Positions 38,409-50,743 are shown, counted from the stretch's first letter. The stretch is 64,000 nucleotides of DNA from Verrucomicrobiota bacterium (GCA_039818205.1 JBCBUK010000010.1:94940-158939); one strand, 5' to 3'. Numbers and translations are program-made. Notes: generated by a model from the sequence alone, not told the origin.

Positions 38409-39680
38409 CTACTCAGGTTTCCGTTGAATGTCGCCGTGTGCGGTTTCAGGAATGCAAAGCAAGGTGCCAATCGTGATGACTGCCATTCCCATGATGTAGT
38501 AGGCGGGCGTCATGATGTTTCCAGTGGAGGCAATGAGCCAGGTGGCAACCATCGGCGTTGTCCCGCCAAAGATAGCCAAGGTGAGATTGTAGGCGACTGA
38601 GATCACGGTGCAGCGATAGGGGGCCCGGGTGATCTCGACCAAGGTTGCGGCATTAGCCCCGGTCGATGCACCGATGATAAGGGCAAAGCCCACCTGGCCA
38701 AAGAAAATTAAAACTGGATCGTCATGTTGAATCGCAAGGAAGAGCGGTACTGTTAAAACGAGCCCGCCAATCGCTGCGGCAAAGAGTACGGGCTTACGGC
38801 CAATTTTGTCACTAATCCAGGCGGCGAGCGGAACAAAAACCAAGAGGGTTGCCATTGCTGCCGTATCGATCTCCAGAGCCAGGGCCATCGACACACCGAA
38901 GTGCTCGCTAAGGTACGTCGTTACGTAGACAAACATCATGTAGAATCCAACGTTCGCCATGAGAATGATACCGGCAATCTTCAGCATGGTCCGCCATTCG
39001 GTCTTGATGGCCATCAGTAGCGGAAGTGGAAGGTCGACGACTTCGTCATCATCGCGCTTCTCGAGTTTCCGCCGGAAGAATACCGCTAGACCCATAATCG
39101 AGATGCCGAGGATAAATGGCACCCGCCAACCCCAGGTTGCAATGTCGTCCTTGGAGATTGTGGCGGTAATGAGAGCGCCAACGGCCGAACCGATTAAAAA
39201 ACCAGCCACTGCCCCAAAATTACTCCATCCACCGATCAGTCCTCGACGTCCAATCGGTGCGCGTTCGACCAAGTAAATCACCGAGCCAGTATACTCTCCG
39301 CCCACCGAGAAGCCTTGGACGAGGCGAAGGAGCGTTAGAAGAATCGGTGCGGCCACGCCGATCATTTCATAAGTTGGTAGCAGGCCAAGTAGGCAGGTGG
39401 AAACGCCCATCAATATGACAGACCAGCGAAGGACGACCTCCCGCCCTTTGCGGTCGCCCAGATGGCCGAAAAAGGCAGCACCGATCGGGCGCGCGAGGAA
39501 ACCAGAAGCGAAGACGCCGAATGCGGCCAGGAGCGAGGTGACCGGGTTTTCACTGGGGAAGAACTGGGCACCAATGACCGGGGCGAAGAAGCCATAGACC
39601 GCAAAGTCAAACCACTCCATGACGTTTCCGACTGAGCCAGCTAAAATATTCCGGGATTCACGTTTGTCCGAATTTGTCAT
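38409..39680 (-). CDS. MFS transporter, MHS family (ProP-like)
   Basis: GNVMEWFDFAVYG, RPIGAAFFGHLGDRKGR, QGFSVGGEY, WGWRVPF, SDKIGRKP. Confidence 0.92.
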   Translation of the reverse strand: MTNSDKRESRNILAGSVGNVMEWFDFAVYGFFAPVIGAQFFPSENPVTSLLAAFGVFASGFLARPIGAAFFGHLGDRKGREVVLRWSVILMGVSTCLLGLLPTYEMIGVAAPILLTLLRLVQGFSVGGEYTGSVIYLVERAPIGRRGLIGGWSNFGAVAGFLIGSAVGALITATISKDDIATWGWRVPFILGISIMGLAVFFRRKLEKRDDDEVVDLPLPLLMAIKTEWRTMLKIAGIILMANVGFYMMFVYVTTYLSEHFGVSMALALEIDTAAMATLLVFVPLAAWISDKIGRKPVLFAAAIGGLVLTVPLFLAIQHDDPVLIFFGQVGFALIIGASTGANAATLVEITRAPYRCTVISVAYNLTLAIFGGTTPMVATWLIASTGNIMTPAYYIMGMAVITIGTLLCIPETAHGDIQRKPE

Positions 39681-39715
39681 TGTATCGAGGCCTCTAAAAT
39701 CCAAATCATAGGGCT

Positions 39716-40255
39716 ATGCGGATTGTATTGATATCCTGTTTTCTGTTTTTTACGCACTGGTCATTGGGAAATACCCCGAATGAGCAAGCCGTGTTGACTT
39801 ACTATGAGCGAGTAAAAAACGAGGGTTTTCAATCCCTTATTGAAACCGTGCATCCTGAAACTGTTCAAAGCTTTCGCGGTGCCTATTTAAGCGCGGTTGC
39901 AGCCGCGATGGAGGTAGACCCCGTTTCAGTCCGATCAGAGCTATTGTCATTTTTTAACGGTGACGATTTGAAGACCGTCGAACAGGAATCGGACATGCAG
40001 TTTGCGAAGCGCCTCTATAGCTTTATGGATGCGCGGTATCCAATGCTGGCTTCCGAGTTTCGCTACATGACCGTTACCATTCTCGGTTCAGTAATCGAGG
40101 GCGATACCGAGCACTTCGTTTTGCGGGTCTATTATCAGAACAAGAGAGCTGATGTTTCCTACGACAAATTGCAGATCATCAGCGTTGGTGATTACCGGGG
40201 AGAGCCGCGAATAAAAACAAGCCCACTGATCGATTCACTTGGATCGATACAGTAG
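39716..40255 (+). CDS. Hypothetical secreted protein
   Basis: Signal-peptide-like N-terminus; 179-aa ORF filling the gap. Confidence 0.6.
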   Translation: MRIVLISCFLFFTHWSLGNTPNEQAVLTYYERVKNEGFQSLIETVHPETVQSFRGAYLSAVAAAMEVDPVSVRSELLSFFNGDDLKTVEQESDMQFAKRLYSFMDARYPMLASEFRYMTVTILGSVIEGDTEHFVLRVYYQNKRADVSYDKLQIISVGDYRGEPRIKTSPLIDSLGSIQ

Positions 40256-40275
40256 GCTCGGTTGTGTTTGGCCGA

Positions 40276-40713
40276 TTACGAACCAACGCGTGCGCAACGC
40301 ATCTTCGAGGTGCCGAGCTTAGTCTCGCCCACGTGAGCCTGAGTGACGGTCACAAGGTAGGCATCACGTGACTCCACTTCCAAGTCGAGCATGGCGTAGG
40401 TGGACTCACCGGTTGGCAGCATACCTTTGTGTTCATCTTTCCAGTGATCACCCGCTTCGGGCTGATCTTTCTCCGGAACGTCGAGCATGGTTTGGGTAAA
40501 TCGTTCTCCATCGTTGGAAAACCCGTCTGCCCGCCAGGTTTGATTGGTCGGATCATAGCCCCACAACTCCGTGCGGGTGACCTCGCCCAACTTGTATTCG
40601 ACAACGTGGCAGGTGCCACAGGAGCCCTCGGTAATGACGAGTGTGCCGGAGTCACCCGATTCGAGATCGGTGATGGTCCAGTTGCCTAAGAAGTATCGGT
40701 AAAATGTAATCAT
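40276..40713 (-). CDS. Hypothetical beta-rich protein
   Basis: 145-aa ORF with ATG; FLGNW start and alternating beta-strand pattern. Confidence 0.6.
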   Translation of the reverse strand: MITFYRYFLGNWTITDLESGDSGTLVITEGSCGTCHVVEYKLGEVTRTELWGYDPTNQTWRADGFSNDGERFTQTMLDVPEKDQPEAGDHWKDEHKGMLPTGESTYAMLDLEVESRDAYLVTVTQAHVGETKLGTSKMRCARVGS

Positions 40714-41121
40714 AGGAATGAGTGTTGTTGGAAAACTAGTTTATTCCCGAAACCGATTCGAGGGAAAACCGTTAGTTTGCGGTTTGAATCGATAACCGTT
40801 TTAGACTCCCTTTCGAGCGCGGTTTAATCTGAGATCGACCGGGAAGGAGTACCCTGCAGCTTCCAGAACATTTTGTTTGTATATAACACAAATAATCGAA
40901 AATTATCTGGGGAATATTTTGGTTGATTTTAGTGGGTAATTCTCGATTTCCGGACTTGCCAAGCAGAGGGCGTCTCGGCACCTTACCGGCATTCAGGATT
41001 TTAATAGATGCTGTTGCACCCATAAGTTTTCATAACCCTGATTGGTCAAGCTACCCGCCTCTGCAACACAGTCAATCGATCCGTCCGCCACGGATGATTG
41101 TCTCCCAACAATAATAGTATA

Positions 41122-42447
41122 GTGAAAACAGTAACAAAATCTCTACACGTGCTAGTATTCGCGCTCGCGAATGCTCTGCTGTTGAATTCCGCGAACGCTG
41201 CGATTCCGTCTTCGGATGAGATCGGCATTATTCAGCCGTACACATATGGTTCCATTGCACCCTGGCAATCTTGGGGAACGACCCCGGAGGCCGTCGGCAA
41301 GCCCGATGTCGGTGGCGTTCTGACCCACATCCAGGGTCCTGGTGCGATCGAATACCTCGTCGATCTTGAGCCCGGCGTTTCCTACACGATTCACGCATGC
41401 CTCTATGTGCCAACCGGTGCGGCGGTAAACGTTGGGGTGAAGTCCACCACAGTGCCAACCGATTTCGAGGAGTGGGTGCCCGTGAAAGGCAACGTGACTT
41501 GGCAGTTCCAGGAGCTGACCTTCACGCCGCAATCCAGCGAGATGAAGCTGTATGTTTTTGCGCCGAATACGACCGACGAGGTTTACCTGGATAGTCTTTA
41601 TGTTTACCGCACTGAGGATATCCTTGATCCCGTGATCGGCAATGCCTCGTTTGAGGACCCAACGCTTTCGGACTGGTCCCTGTCCTATCCGCTTGCCAAC
41701 GTCACGATTGATGACCGTTGGTTTAACACTCGCGACGGAGATCAAAGCATCTTTGTGTCGGGCAAGGGCGGGGTCAACCAAGTCGTCGACACGATTCCCG
41801 GTGTAACCTACAAGTTGTCTGCCTTTGTAAAGTCCGTTGATGGGCAGCCAGTTTTCATTGGAGCCAAGCCTACATTTGAGGCTCCAGATGCCAATCGCGC
41901 GGTGCGCCAATGGGCTGATTTTGAGTATGCTGAGTTCATCTTCACCGCCTCGGAGTTTCAAACGAAAATTTACGCATACATTCCGAACGAAACGGGCTCA
42001 GCGTGGTTCGATGGTTTCGAGGTGTCTCGCGTTTGGGATAACCAGTATATTGTCAACAGTGACTTCTCCAACGGCTTTGCCAACTGGGAGCGCAGCGGCG
42101 ATATCATTTATTCGGTGAACGACTCGCAAGCCTCGGTTAACCTAGATGGTTCAGGACGGATTTTCCAGTATGTCCCCGTCGAGCCGAACACAATTTATCG
42201 TTTATCCGCAGTTATGAAGAACAACATTGAGGGCCGCTCCATCAGCGCGATTCTCGAGATGGTTTATCAAAACCGCATCAAGCGAAGCCTGATCCATGCC
42301 TATGGATCTGAATACGAAGAGATCTCCCGCCTCTTGATTACACCGAACTCGGATGATCCGATCTTGTTCGCGCGTGTTATCGTCGTTGTGCAATATGACG
42401 ACGGGAATGGCGATGTTGCCTACGTGCGCCTGGAGAAGGTTAACTAG
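41122..42447 (+). CDS. Secreted protein of three tandem CBM4/9-like jelly-roll domains
   Basis: Signal ending ANA; repeated N.SFE/N.DF...W...Q.V...PG..Y.LSA...D pattern three times; no catalytic domain seen; GTG start assumed. Confidence 0.7.
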   Translation: MKTVTKSLHVLVFALANALLLNSANAAIPSSDEIGIIQPYTYGSIAPWQSWGTTPEAVGKPDVGGVLTHIQGPGAIEYLVDLEPGVSYTIHACLYVPTGAAVNVGVKSTTVPTDFEEWVPVKGNVTWQFQELTFTPQSSEMKLYVFAPNTTDEVYLDSLYVYRTEDILDPVIGNASFEDPTLSDWSLSYPLANVTIDDRWFNTRDGDQSIFVSGKGGVNQVVDTIPGVTYKLSAFVKSVDGQPVFIGAKPTFEAPDANRAVRQWADFEYAEFIFTASEFQTKIYAYIPNETGSAWFDGFEVSRVWDNQYIVNSDFSNGFANWERSGDIIYSVNDSQASVNLDGSGRIFQYVPVEPNTIYRLSAVMKNNIEGRSISAILEMVYQNRIKRSLIHAYGSEYEEISRLLITPNSDDPILFARVIVVVQYDDGNGDVAYVRLEKVN

Positions 42448-42473
42448 TCGGTCGTAACGAACCTGTTATCATT

Positions 42474-42510
42474 AAAAAGCTGTGTGGGTTTTAACCCGCA
42501 CAGCTTTTTT
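42474..42510. terminator. Bidirectional Rho-independent terminator
   Basis: aaaaagctgtgtgggtt-tt-aacccgcacagctttttt between convergent genes. Confidence 0.88.
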
Positions 42511-42543
42511 TATATTCCGAAGGCCAAATCTGTTTCCCTCGAA

Positions 42544-45500
42544 CTAACGGGTTCCCGCGACTTCAGCGATTGCCGGTTGTTCTTGATAGGCGCGAATCTC
42601 GTAAAGGCGGGCTGAGGGGTCGCCATTCGTACGTTCGACGAGCAGTCGAACCTTCTCGGCTTCAACCGCTGGGAACGTATGGATGCGTCGACGCTGGTAG
42701 TTGTCTTTGCCTTCGGCAACCGTTACCCATTCGTCGCCATTCAAATACTGAACTTTGTAGTCACGAACGCAGGTTGGTGGCATGCGCTCACTTTCCTTGT
42801 GTTCCCAGGTTGAGTGGCGCTTGACCTTCAGGTCCGTATCGAAAGTTAGGTAGATGGAGTCGATCTTCTTGGATGAACCAAAGTCGAGCATGAGCCATTG
42901 TGGCATCTTCTGCTCTGGATCGGAGATCCACATGTTATCCGGCACATTCCCGATCCACATTTCCATGTCATCGTCCAAAGGACGGGTGAGTCCGTTGATT
43001 GCGTTCTGCGGGCCATCTTTGTCGGACTTGCTGCTGGATGCCGAGATTTGGGCCGTGCGTGCAAGGTCGTCGGGATCTTCATTGCGCAGATGGAGAATCG
43101 TAATGTCGTCCTTGAGAAGCTGCTGTTGTAGCTCGGGCATGTATGATTCATAAAGGCCACGTGGGGTCGCCTTTTCTTTAACGCAGAGGGCAGCCGCGGT
43201 TCCAATGATTTGCCCCATCATCCCGGTTGTGCCTTGGACGCGGGCCGTACCGAGAGCGACGTGAGTGACCGATACGTTGCGGCCAGCCATGAACATGTTG
43301 GGCACGTCTTTTGAGTATAGCATTCGCAACGGAATGCTCGCTGGGGAAAAGTTTGGATGATAGTCGAACGGGCTCCCGGGCGAAAAGATGCCGAGGGGAT
43401 GGTGGACATCGAGCCCCCACACAAAGTAGCCAACACGGTCCGGGAAGACTTCGCGGCCAAGCAGGTGGTGCTCCGTGACAACGATGTCGCCGACCAAACG
43501 GCGAGTCTCACGCTTGGCGTTGGTGATCGGGATGTAGGTCAGCTGGTAGTCTTTGGCTTTGTCGGCCAAGCTCGAGTAGTTCTTGATCCAGTTGTAGTAA
43601 GACATGCTGACGAGGATCAGGTCGTCGCGCGCCCACTCAGGGTCCCAGAGGTCATCGTTGCGACCGTGGTTTTCCGTCCACCAATTGCCGGCGCGTACAC
43701 CGTTTTCGAACCGTGGGCGCTTCTCGTAACCTTCGGCATTGTCCTCGAGGTTGTAAAGCCACTTGGGAGCCGCCATTTCAATTGGCTTACCCATGTCAAT
43801 TGCCTGGTATCCAAGAATCGAGTGCTGCATGAGCGAGCCACTCATTGTTATGTTGTCGGCAATGTCTTTCGCATAGGTCTCGCCAAACTGTTCTTTCGAC
43901 TCGCGGCCGAGCATGTATTCGGCCCCGGCATAGTAGCCCAGCCAACCGTCCCCGGTGCAATCGGCGAAGTAGTCACCGGAGTAGCGGGTTAGGTGGCCAT
44001 CGATCATGTTGAAAGCTGTTACGGAGGTGATGTTGTTGTGCTCGTCCGTTTCGGCTTGGAAAACATGTGAGTTGAGGAACAGTGTGATGTTGGGTTCCGC
44101 GGCGATCACTATCTCTGCACCTGCGGCCCATTTCTGGTTGTGATTGTAGGATGCGATACGGCCGACCTCTTCATTGAGCCCTGTTTCTCTACCCTTCCCG
44201 AGACTGGAACCACCCGAGACGGGAACGCCCATCTCTGAGCTGTTGTTTCCGCCCACCATGGGGCGATCTTGAATGAGAGCAACTTTCGCTCCGCCTCGCG
44301 CTGCTGCGATCGCCGCGTTGCAACCAGCAACTCCACCGCCGACAACAATGAAATCAAAGTGCCCCATGTCCTTGGCGGGAATCTCTTCGACTAGTTCGTT
44401 GCGCATGGCACGATAGTCCCGCTGTTCTTGTCGCGGTGTAAAGTTCAGGTCTTTGGTTAGGATGATGGCATCGCAGCGACCATAGTAGCCAGTAGTGTCT
44501 TCCAGCTCGAGTGTTGTGTCGCCATCGAGCTCAAAGGTGCCGCCATCTTGCCAAACCCAAGCGCGTTGTTCGGCGGCCCCAAAAACGGTTTCCGATTTCT
44601 TGCCATCAACTAGGACGTTAAATTGGCCGGGTGCGTGACCATCACCGAGCCAGTTTTTGCTTCTTACCCACATTCGATAAGTCCCCGGGTCGGTGACGTC
44701 GATAATGGTTCTGGCGTTGTCGACCGTCTTACCCAGACCGGCCGCAATTAGATAGGGTGAGCCCATTTGCGGAACGAACTGGGTGTCCATCCACCAACCG
44801 CCGTAGTCATCAAAGTCCTCGGTATCGATCCAGAGTGTTCCTTCAACAACGGGTTTCGCCTGGCGCTTGTTGTACTTCTCGTAGAAGGAGGTGAATACGT
44901 TGCCCTTGCGCGAAACGTCGAACATTCCGTTGCGGAATGAGTCCTCGATCGCTTCGGCTGAGAATGCGTTCGCCGCCACTCGCACTTCGTCCAAGGTTCC
45001 GGTGAAAAGCTTACGTTTGCGGGTGGATCCAATGTTCACGGGGGATTTGCTCACCGAGATCGTCTTGCCGCTGGCAACGGGCTTTTCACTATCCAGTTTG
45101 CCGTTGACGTAGAGCTTCATGGCTTCGCCGTCGAAGGTGCCCACAACATGGTACCATTGATTGGCGGGAAGCTTCGATACGTCCGCGGAGAGCCGTTCCT
45201 CCTTGCCATCGAACCAGAGGCCAAAGGTAACGCCCTTGTCTGGTCCAAGGTAGAGCGCGTAGGACCCTTCCTTACGGATGATGGTGGGTTGTTCCTTGTA
45301 GCGCGGGTTCCAGGGCTTCAGCCAGGCTTCGAGGCTTATCGCATCTTCAATATTTAGGCTGTCGTCATTGCCGACGATAACGCCGCCACCGCGATTGATT
45401 TGGAGCCCGGAATTGCGCACTCCCATGGTCCAGCGAACGCTGCTTGCCTGGCCGTCGTTCTCGTGGCCTGAGCGATCGGACACATTCGACGATATTCCGT

Positions 45501-45612
45501 CATCCATGTGCCAGTGGCCGCGGATATCATCGGTGGCCGATGTGGCGTGAACGGCAATGGATGCGAACGCAAACTGTGCCAATGCTACGGAGCGAACAAA
45601 GGGTATTTTCAT
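42544..45612 (-). CDS. Secreted FAD-dependent oxidoreductase with N-terminal LamG/ConA-like and C-terminal F5/8-like domains
   Basis: [31 protein letters not shown] (LamG); [35 protein letters not shown] (FAD oxidoreductase); [16 protein letters not shown]. Confidence 0.85.
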   Translation of the reverse strand: MKIPFVRSVALAQFAFASIAVHATSATDDIRGHWHMDDGISSNVSDRSGHENDGQASSVRWTMGVRNSGLQINRGGGVIVGNDDSLNIEDAISLEAWLKPWNPRYKEQPTIIRKEGSYALYLGPDKGVTFGLWFDGKEERLSADVSKLPANQWYHVVGTFDGEAMKLYVNGKLDSEKPVASGKTISVSKSPVNIGSTRKRKLFTGTLDEVRVAANAFSAEAIEDSFRNGMFDVSRKGNVFTSFYEKYNKRQAKPVVEGTLWIDTEDFDDYGGWWMDTQFVPQMGSPYLIAAGLGKTVDNARTIIDVTDPGTYRMWVRSKNWLGDGHAPGQFNVLVDGKKSETVFGAAEQRAWVWQDGGTFELDGDTTLELEDTTGYYGRCDAIILTKDLNFTPRQEQRDYRAMRNELVEEIPAKDMGHFDFIVVGGGVAGCNAAIAAARGGAKVALIQDRPMVGGNNSSEMGVPVSGGSSLGKGRETGLNEEVGRIASYNHNQKWAAGAEIVIAAEPNITLFLNSHVFQAETDEHNNITSVTAFNMIDGHLTRYSGDYFADCTGDGWLGYYAGAEYMLGRESKEQFGETYAKDIADNITMSGSLMQHSILGYQAIDMGKPIEMAAPKWLYNLEDNAEGYEKRPRFENGVRAGNWWTENHGRNDDLWDPEWARDDLILVSMSYYNWIKNYSSLADKAKDYQLTYIPITNAKRETRRLVGDIVVTEHHLLGREVFPDRVGYFVWGLDVHHPLGIFSPGSPFDYHPNFSPASIPLRMLYSKDVPNMFMAGRNVSVTHVALGTARVQGTTGMMGQIIGTAAALCVKEKATPRGLYESYMPELQQQLLKDDITILHLRNEDPDDLARTAQISASSSKSDKDGPQNAINGLTRPLDDDMEMWIGNVPDNMWISDPEQKMPQWLMLDFGSSKKIDSIYLTFDTDLKVKRHSTWEHKESERMPPTCVRDYKVQYLNGDEWVTVAEGKDNYQRRRIHTFPAVEAEKVRLLVERTNGDPSARLYEIRAYQEQPAIAEVAGTR

Positions 45613-45723
45613 GATCGGTGGAAACGGTTTTCTCCGAGCATATCGATTGGCGGGCAATTCGCCAATACGCCAAAAGGTCTAAGACTGACCAGCTTCCCAT
45701 ATACAGTAGACAGATGGCCGCCT

Positions 45724-46359
45724 CTATTGGACCTGCAAAATGCCCCGCTTGTAGGCGATGACAACTGCCTGGGTGCGGTCGACCGCGCCAAGTTTCTCCC
45801 GTATGTTAGCAATGTGGATCTTCACTGTCGCCGGAGCGATATCGAGGTCCTCCGCGATGTCTTTATTACTCTTTCCTTCACCAAGTAGCTTTAAGGTCTC
45901 CAGTTCGCGGGGCGTCAGGTCTTGGTGTTGGCGACGGCTTTCGATCTTCTCATTGATCGACGCGGGAAAGAACGTCGCGCCTTTCGCCACTTCGTGAATC
46001 GCTTCCATCACATCCTCGACGGCGCCCGCGGTTTTGGTCAAATAGCCCTTCACACCCGCTTGAACGGCCTTCCAGACTTCTTCCTCCGATTCATAAACGG
46101 AATAGAGGATGATCTTGGCATCAGGAAACTCTGCTAAGAGCTCGCGGGTGCAGTCGACCCCGCTTTTTCCGGGCATGCGGTAGTCCATGGTCACCACATC
46201 GGGTTTGACTTGGCGATAAAGCTCGATGGCTTCGTCCGCGTCTTCCGCCGACCCGACTGACTCGAGCGAGGATTCCAGATCGATTGCTCCGATCAATCCG
46301 AATCGAATCAAGCCGTTGTCATCTACGACCATTACCGTCGTTTTCTTATTTATGCCCAT
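45724..46359 (-). CDS. NarL/LuxR-family response regulator
   Basis: [36 protein letters not shown]. Confidence 0.93.
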   Translation of the reverse strand: MGINKKTTVMVVDDNGLIRFGLIGAIDLESSLESVGSAEDADEAIELYRQVKPDVVTMDYRMPGKSGVDCTRELLAEFPDAKIILYSVYESEEEVWKAVQAGVKGYLTKTAGAVEDVMEAIHEVAKGATFFPASINEKIESRRQHQDLTPRELETLKLLGEGKSNKDIAEDLDIAPATVKIHIANIREKLGAVDRTQAVVIAYKRGILQVQ

Positions 46360-48538
46360 CCAGCTTCCATGGTTTCAAGGGTTCAATCGTTACAACAATC
46401 TCGGTGCCGTGGCCAGGCTTTGTATTGATCGCGATACGACCGCGAAGTCGGTTGACGCGTTCTTTCATACCCTGGATGCCGAAGTGCCCCTTTCTTGAGC
46501 GGCTGGCTTCGTTGAAACCGCAACCATCATCCTTGATTGTTAAGCTCAATGCGTCGTCATCCATTTCCAGTTGGACCGAGACCGTGTTGGGATGGCCATG
46601 GCGTACGGCGTTGGTCGTTGCCTCACGGGCAACCATCAACAGATGCCGCTCGGCATCCTTGACCAAGCGACGGTAAGATCCCTTGACGGTGATTGTCAGT
46701 TCGGACCCGCATTCATCTGCCAGGGGTTGAAGGGACTCTTGCAGTGCAGCGGGTAGGTCCATTTTTTCCAGTAGGCCGCCGCGCAGTTCCAGAATCGATG
46801 TACGCGATTCCTCGCCGCAGTGGGTCAGGATGGATTGGACCGATTGCAAACTGGTCAGGCACTTCGTGGTGTCCGCTTGCAGGTTAGATAGATGTTCGCC
46901 AAGTGCCTTCTTGAGCGAGGGGTTGGTGTCGCCAGCAAGGGCAATGGCAGTCTGAATAGTACTCTCGTGGTTTGAGCCGCTCGTGGACAAAAACTTTCGA
47001 CTGGCTTGTAAATGAACGGCCGCGCCTGTCAATCCTTGGTCGAGATTGTCGTGCAGTTCGCGGGCCATGCGTTGTCTCTCGTTAAGGATGGTTTCTCGCT
47101 CTATTTTCTCGCCAATAACCTTGGTTTGGCGATCGACTGTGCGGCGCAGAAGAATAACCCAGGCGAGAAAGAGGGTGGAGGCAGCAAAGGCAAAGCCCGT
47201 TGCCCAAAGCATTCGGCTAACGGTCCACCAGGGAGCTGCCGCAACTACCTGAAGGTCGCCTCCGGTGCGCAATTGGAGCCAGAATCCGCTAATGATTAGG
47301 CGCCAGCGAATGTTTGGGTCCCGAATAATATGGCAGATTCCGGTTAGGCGAACCGTAGCGCCAATGGTAACCTCAGGTGGCAGCTCCACTCCGCCGGGCA
47401 GGCGTGCTTCAAAAAGTCGATCACCGGCGCGACACAGCAAAACAGTCCCGCTAAAGTCGACTTCTGCCCAGCCGGTCGGAGAAATTGATTGAACGATATC
47501 TACGACAAGGGCATCGACTTCGATCAAATCGTAGTTGTAACCGGTCTCAAGCTCTGCGCTCGCGTCGATTAGAGTTGGGGCTGGGAGCTCTTCCCGACCA
47601 AGGATGCGATGCTCCCGGGCGCGAAATCCTGGACTAATCGGTTCCGGGGATACATAGCCCTCGATATAAACCCGGTCGCCGGCTGTGAGCCCGTCGGTAT
47701 CAACCACGGTTACGCGAACGCTGGAACCTTGATCTCGGAGGAAGATTTCTCGGTCGCCCACGGAGGTGACGGTCCCCTCGCTGTTCACCACCCACAGGTG
47801 GTTGATATCGGCATTCATGAACTGGCTGATCGGGTACGTATTGCCGGTCCGGGCTCGGGTCTCGTCGGAAATTGTGCGTTTGAAGTCATCAGCTGAGCTG
47901 GCGTAGAAGATACGCCCAGTCGCTTGCCGGTCTGAATTGTACACGGTTCCGGCTACCACATCGACTCGAATCCATTCGAACATGATCTTCTTCAGGCGTT
48001 CCACGGATTCGATGGAGTAGGGCATCTGGATGTCCAAGATGTAGTTGTTTCTTATCAGCTCGACCATGATGTAGCCCTGGTCCGGGAAGACCCGCATGGA
48101 AACCAAACGCGCAGACAGTGACATCCATTCGCAGTCAAGAAGCGGGCTGAATTGCATGTCACCATGATAGCTTTTGGCTTCCGGTAGATCGCGGTGCCCA
48201 ACAACGTTTATATGCGCCTCGTTAATCGATGGGGTAAAATCGCCTGGAACAGTTTGCCCGGTTATTTCGACGATGTCCCCTGGATTGAGTAACAACCCCT
48301 CGTCGAAAGGGCGAGCCCGGCTAACATAGATGCCATGCTCGCCGTCGTAGGCAAAAAACGCCTTACGTATAGGATCAACCCAGACGACCTGAGTCTCCAG
48401 TTCTACCCGTAATCCCTGGCTCGCTTTCTCAGCTGACAGATCGCGGATGTCCTTGATGCTTTTCAGGGGGGCGCCAAGCAGGCTAGTGCAAACCGAAAAG
48501 GTCAGCAAAATACAAAGTCGGAAACGAAATGAAATCAT
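46346..48538 (-). CDS. Membrane sensor histidine kinase (HisKA_3) with large extracytoplasmic region
   Basis: [34 protein letters not shown]; signal peptide and PWW-TM; overlaps the regulator start. Confidence 0.9.
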   Translation of the reverse strand: MISFRFRLCILLTFSVCTSLLGAPLKSIKDIRDLSAEKASQGLRVELETQVVWVDPIRKAFFAYDGEHGIYVSRARPFDEGLLLNPGDIVEITGQTVPGDFTPSINEAHINVVGHRDLPEAKSYHGDMQFSPLLDCEWMSLSARLVSMRVFPDQGYIMVELIRNNYILDIQMPYSIESVERLKKIMFEWIRVDVVAGTVYNSDRQATGRIFYASSADDFKRTISDETRARTGNTYPISQFMNADINHLWVVNSEGTVTSVGDREIFLRDQGSSVRVTVVDTDGLTAGDRVYIEGYVSPEPISPGFRAREHRILGREELPAPTLIDASAELETGYNYDLIEVDALVVDIVQSISPTGWAEVDFSGTVLLCRAGDRLFEARLPGGVELPPEVTIGATVRLTGICHIIRDPNIRWRLIISGFWLQLRTGGDLQVVAAAPWWTVSRMLWATGFAFAASTLFLAWVILLRRTVDRQTKVIGEKIERETILNERQRMARELHDNLDQGLTGAAVHLQASRKFLSTSGSNHESTIQTAIALAGDTNPSLKKALGEHLSNLQADTTKCLTSLQSVQSILTHCGEESRTSILELRGGLLEKMDLPAALQESLQPLADECGSELTITVKGSYRRLVKDAERHLLMVAREATTNAVRHGHPNTVSVQLEMDDDALSLTIKDDGCGFNEASRSRKGHFGIQGMKERVNRLRGRIAINTKPGHGTEIVVTIEPLKPWKLDGHK

Positions 48539-48745
48539 CGCGCAAACTTCGATCGTAGTGCTGGAGTCGAGCAGGCCAATCCTTTTTGCCTCATGCGTGG
48601 GCGGCCCCGCACGATGATTCATCGTTCAAATTGAGAGCTATTCACGTAGAAAACACTTATTTGGCGCATTCGTGATCCAACAATTGTGTTTTTGCCTGTT
48701 CTTTCTCGCTTGTGCCCATGAGTGCAGGACGTTTTTGTAGTAAAA

Positions 48746-50743
48746 ATGTACCCTTGGAAAATCACCCTTAGTTTGCTTGGTGCCGCGGTTTTGTTCGGCG
48801 CCGGCTGTTCCGAGAACGCCCCGAGCCAAGACGCGTCGACCTCCGGGTCCTTGACTCTCGAGGACGAGCCCAAGTCTCGTCCTATCGACTGGAACAAGCC
48901 ATATATTGTTGTTGAGCCCAACGTTACACGTGCAGTGCAAGGAGTCTCGGAGGTTGATCGAAAGCGCTATTTCGCAATCTGCGACTCTGGCGGATATTTT
49001 CCGAATCAGGTCAAGGACCAGGCAATGTATGATTATTTGGTCAATGATCTGGAGATCTCCTTTGGGCGTGCCCTGGGCCCGGTGAAGTGGATTGCTCAGA
49101 ACACAAAAGAGGATCCGGAGCGTCCGGGTTACGCGGACCTGACCAAAATAAAGAATACCAAGCTGCCAAAACCGGATCCACAGTTTCTGGAGGATTTTGG
49201 ACCGAATCTAGATGTGGCTGCTCACGGTAATCACAATGCTTACCCAGAGTATATGGGACGCTTCGAGAACGAAGAATCCCTAAAGCATAAGTATGCTGAA
49301 TACCTACCTTTGGACGTGGCTGCCGCCGCCGAATTAGCAGCTGCCGTCATGAAGTATAACTATGACGACTTTACCCGTCCGCGCTATTTCGAGCCGATTA
49401 ACGAACCACATTGGTCTTTTTACAGTGAGCCACATCTTGCCGAATGGCACCTCGCGACCATGGAAGCCGTGCATGAGGCAACGCCAGAGGTGCTTGTTGG
49501 TGGTCCCTGCAGCTCCGTTTGTTATTTCTATCGCCGGGACTATAGTGGCTTCAATGGAGTGAAGGATTTTATCGATGCTACGGACGGTAAAATGGACTTT
49601 TACTCTTACCACACCTACGACTACCTTCGGTGGCGAGATGGTGAACTTAAGGGTCGCCTGCAATCCGGTTTGCCTCTCGAAGGAACACTTGATCTGGTTC
49701 CGAATTACACGGTCAACAAGTTTGGCGAAGAGAAGGACATCGTAGTCAGTGAGCACGGTGGATATATTTGGAATGATCCAAAGGGCGAGTTTGATGGAGA
49801 TTATGTGGCGAGTGAGATTCTCAAGATACACGAACCAGATGCGGATACGGACTCCTGGGAATACGAGATGAAGAAGCGATCGATCGTGAACTTCGGTCAC
49901 GTGAGCAGCATTTTGGCCAACACCTTGGCGTTCATGGATCACCCCCACACCCTGAAGAAGGCGGTTCCATTTATTTTGTTTACGACCTGGAATTGGGACC
50001 CGAAGTACTACGCGGGCATGTTTGTTCCCTATGAATACACGGATGAGGAACAGTGGGTCGAGACGGACCTGACTGCGTTTTATAAGTTTTTCCGCGGTGT
50101 TGACGGACGTCGAGTTAAGGCGCTTTGCAGCGACCCGGATTTGCAGGTTCGTGCATTTGTCAACGGCTCCAAGCTCTACCTGGCGATTAGCAATCAGAGC
50201 CCGAAATCGGAGACGATTGATCTTTATGGAATTACCACGCCAACGGTCAACGTGCGCAGTTTGGGCCGCAACGAGAACTTTACCATGAGCTACGGTGAGG
50301 AGACCGTCGATACGCCGAAAACGCTCACTGTTGCTGGTCGGGAATCGCTGATGATTGTTGCAGACTATGGATCGGCCATCGCGGAAACCTCAACTGTGAA
50401 CGAGTTGGTTTGTTATGGTGACGACGTGGCCAAGCCTTTGAGTGAGGCAACATTTACGGTTCAGGTGCCCCAGGATCGTGAGATCGACTACGCTCAGTTG
50501 CGGGTTGCCGTTACCCGGCCACCCGAAGCCAGTCAGGAGCCAGTTATTACTTTGAATGGAAAAGCTTTAGAGGTTCCGCTGGAGGATTCCGCGGAACGTT
50601 ACACCGACCTGGAGTATGCTTCCACGAAACTCATTTATGTTGATCCGGCAGAACTTCAGGAAGTCAACACGGTGGCCGTTTCATTTCCCGATGGTGATGA
50701 CGGAGCCGTGGGATCTGTGGTGATCCGGGCTGCAGTGCAGTAG
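48746..50743 (+). CDS. Clan GH-A glycoside hydrolase, GH86-like (beta-agarase/porphyranase-type), lipoprotein
   Basis: LFGAGC lipobox; FEPINEP (acid/base), DFYSYH.YD, VSEHG (nucleophile), KAVPF; family assignment by recollection. Confidence 0.7.
   Translation: MYPWKITLSLLGAAVLFGAGCSENAPSQDASTSGSLTLEDEPKSRPIDWNKPYIVVEPNVTRAVQGVSEVDRKRYFAICDSGGYFPNQVKDQAMYDYLVNDLEISFGRALGPVKWIAQNTKEDPERPGYADLTKIKNTKLPKPDPQFLEDFGPNLDVAAHGNHNAYPEYMGRFENEESLKHKYAEYLPLDVAAAAELAAAVMKYNYDDFTRPRYFEPINEPHWSFYSEPHLAEWHLATMEAVHEATPEVLVGGPCSSVCYFYRRDYSGFNGVKDFIDATDGKMDFYSYHTYDYLRWRDGELKGRLQSGLPLEGTLDLVPNYTVNKFGEEKDIVVSEHGGYIWNDPKGEFDGDYVASEILKIHEPDADTDSWEYEMKKRSIVNFGHVSSILANTLAFMDHPHTLKKAVPFILFTTWNWDPKYYAGMFVPYEYTDEEQWVETDLTAFYKFFRGVDGRRVKALCSDPDLQVRAFVNGSKLYLAISNQSPKSETIDLYGITTPTVNVRSLGRNENFTMSYGEETVDTPKTLTVAGRESLMIVADYGSAIAETSTVNELVCYGDDVAKPLSEATFTVQVPQDREIDYAQLRVAVTRPPEASQEPVITLNGKALEVPLEDSAERYTDLEYASTKLIYVDPAELQEVNTVAVSFPDGDDGAVGSVVIRAAVQ

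Noticed and set aside
40606..40620. CGTCH (CxxCH) in the 145-aa hypothetical protein as a c-type heme site
   Set aside because: No signal peptide, and the beta-strand context is unlike cytochrome c; probably coincidental
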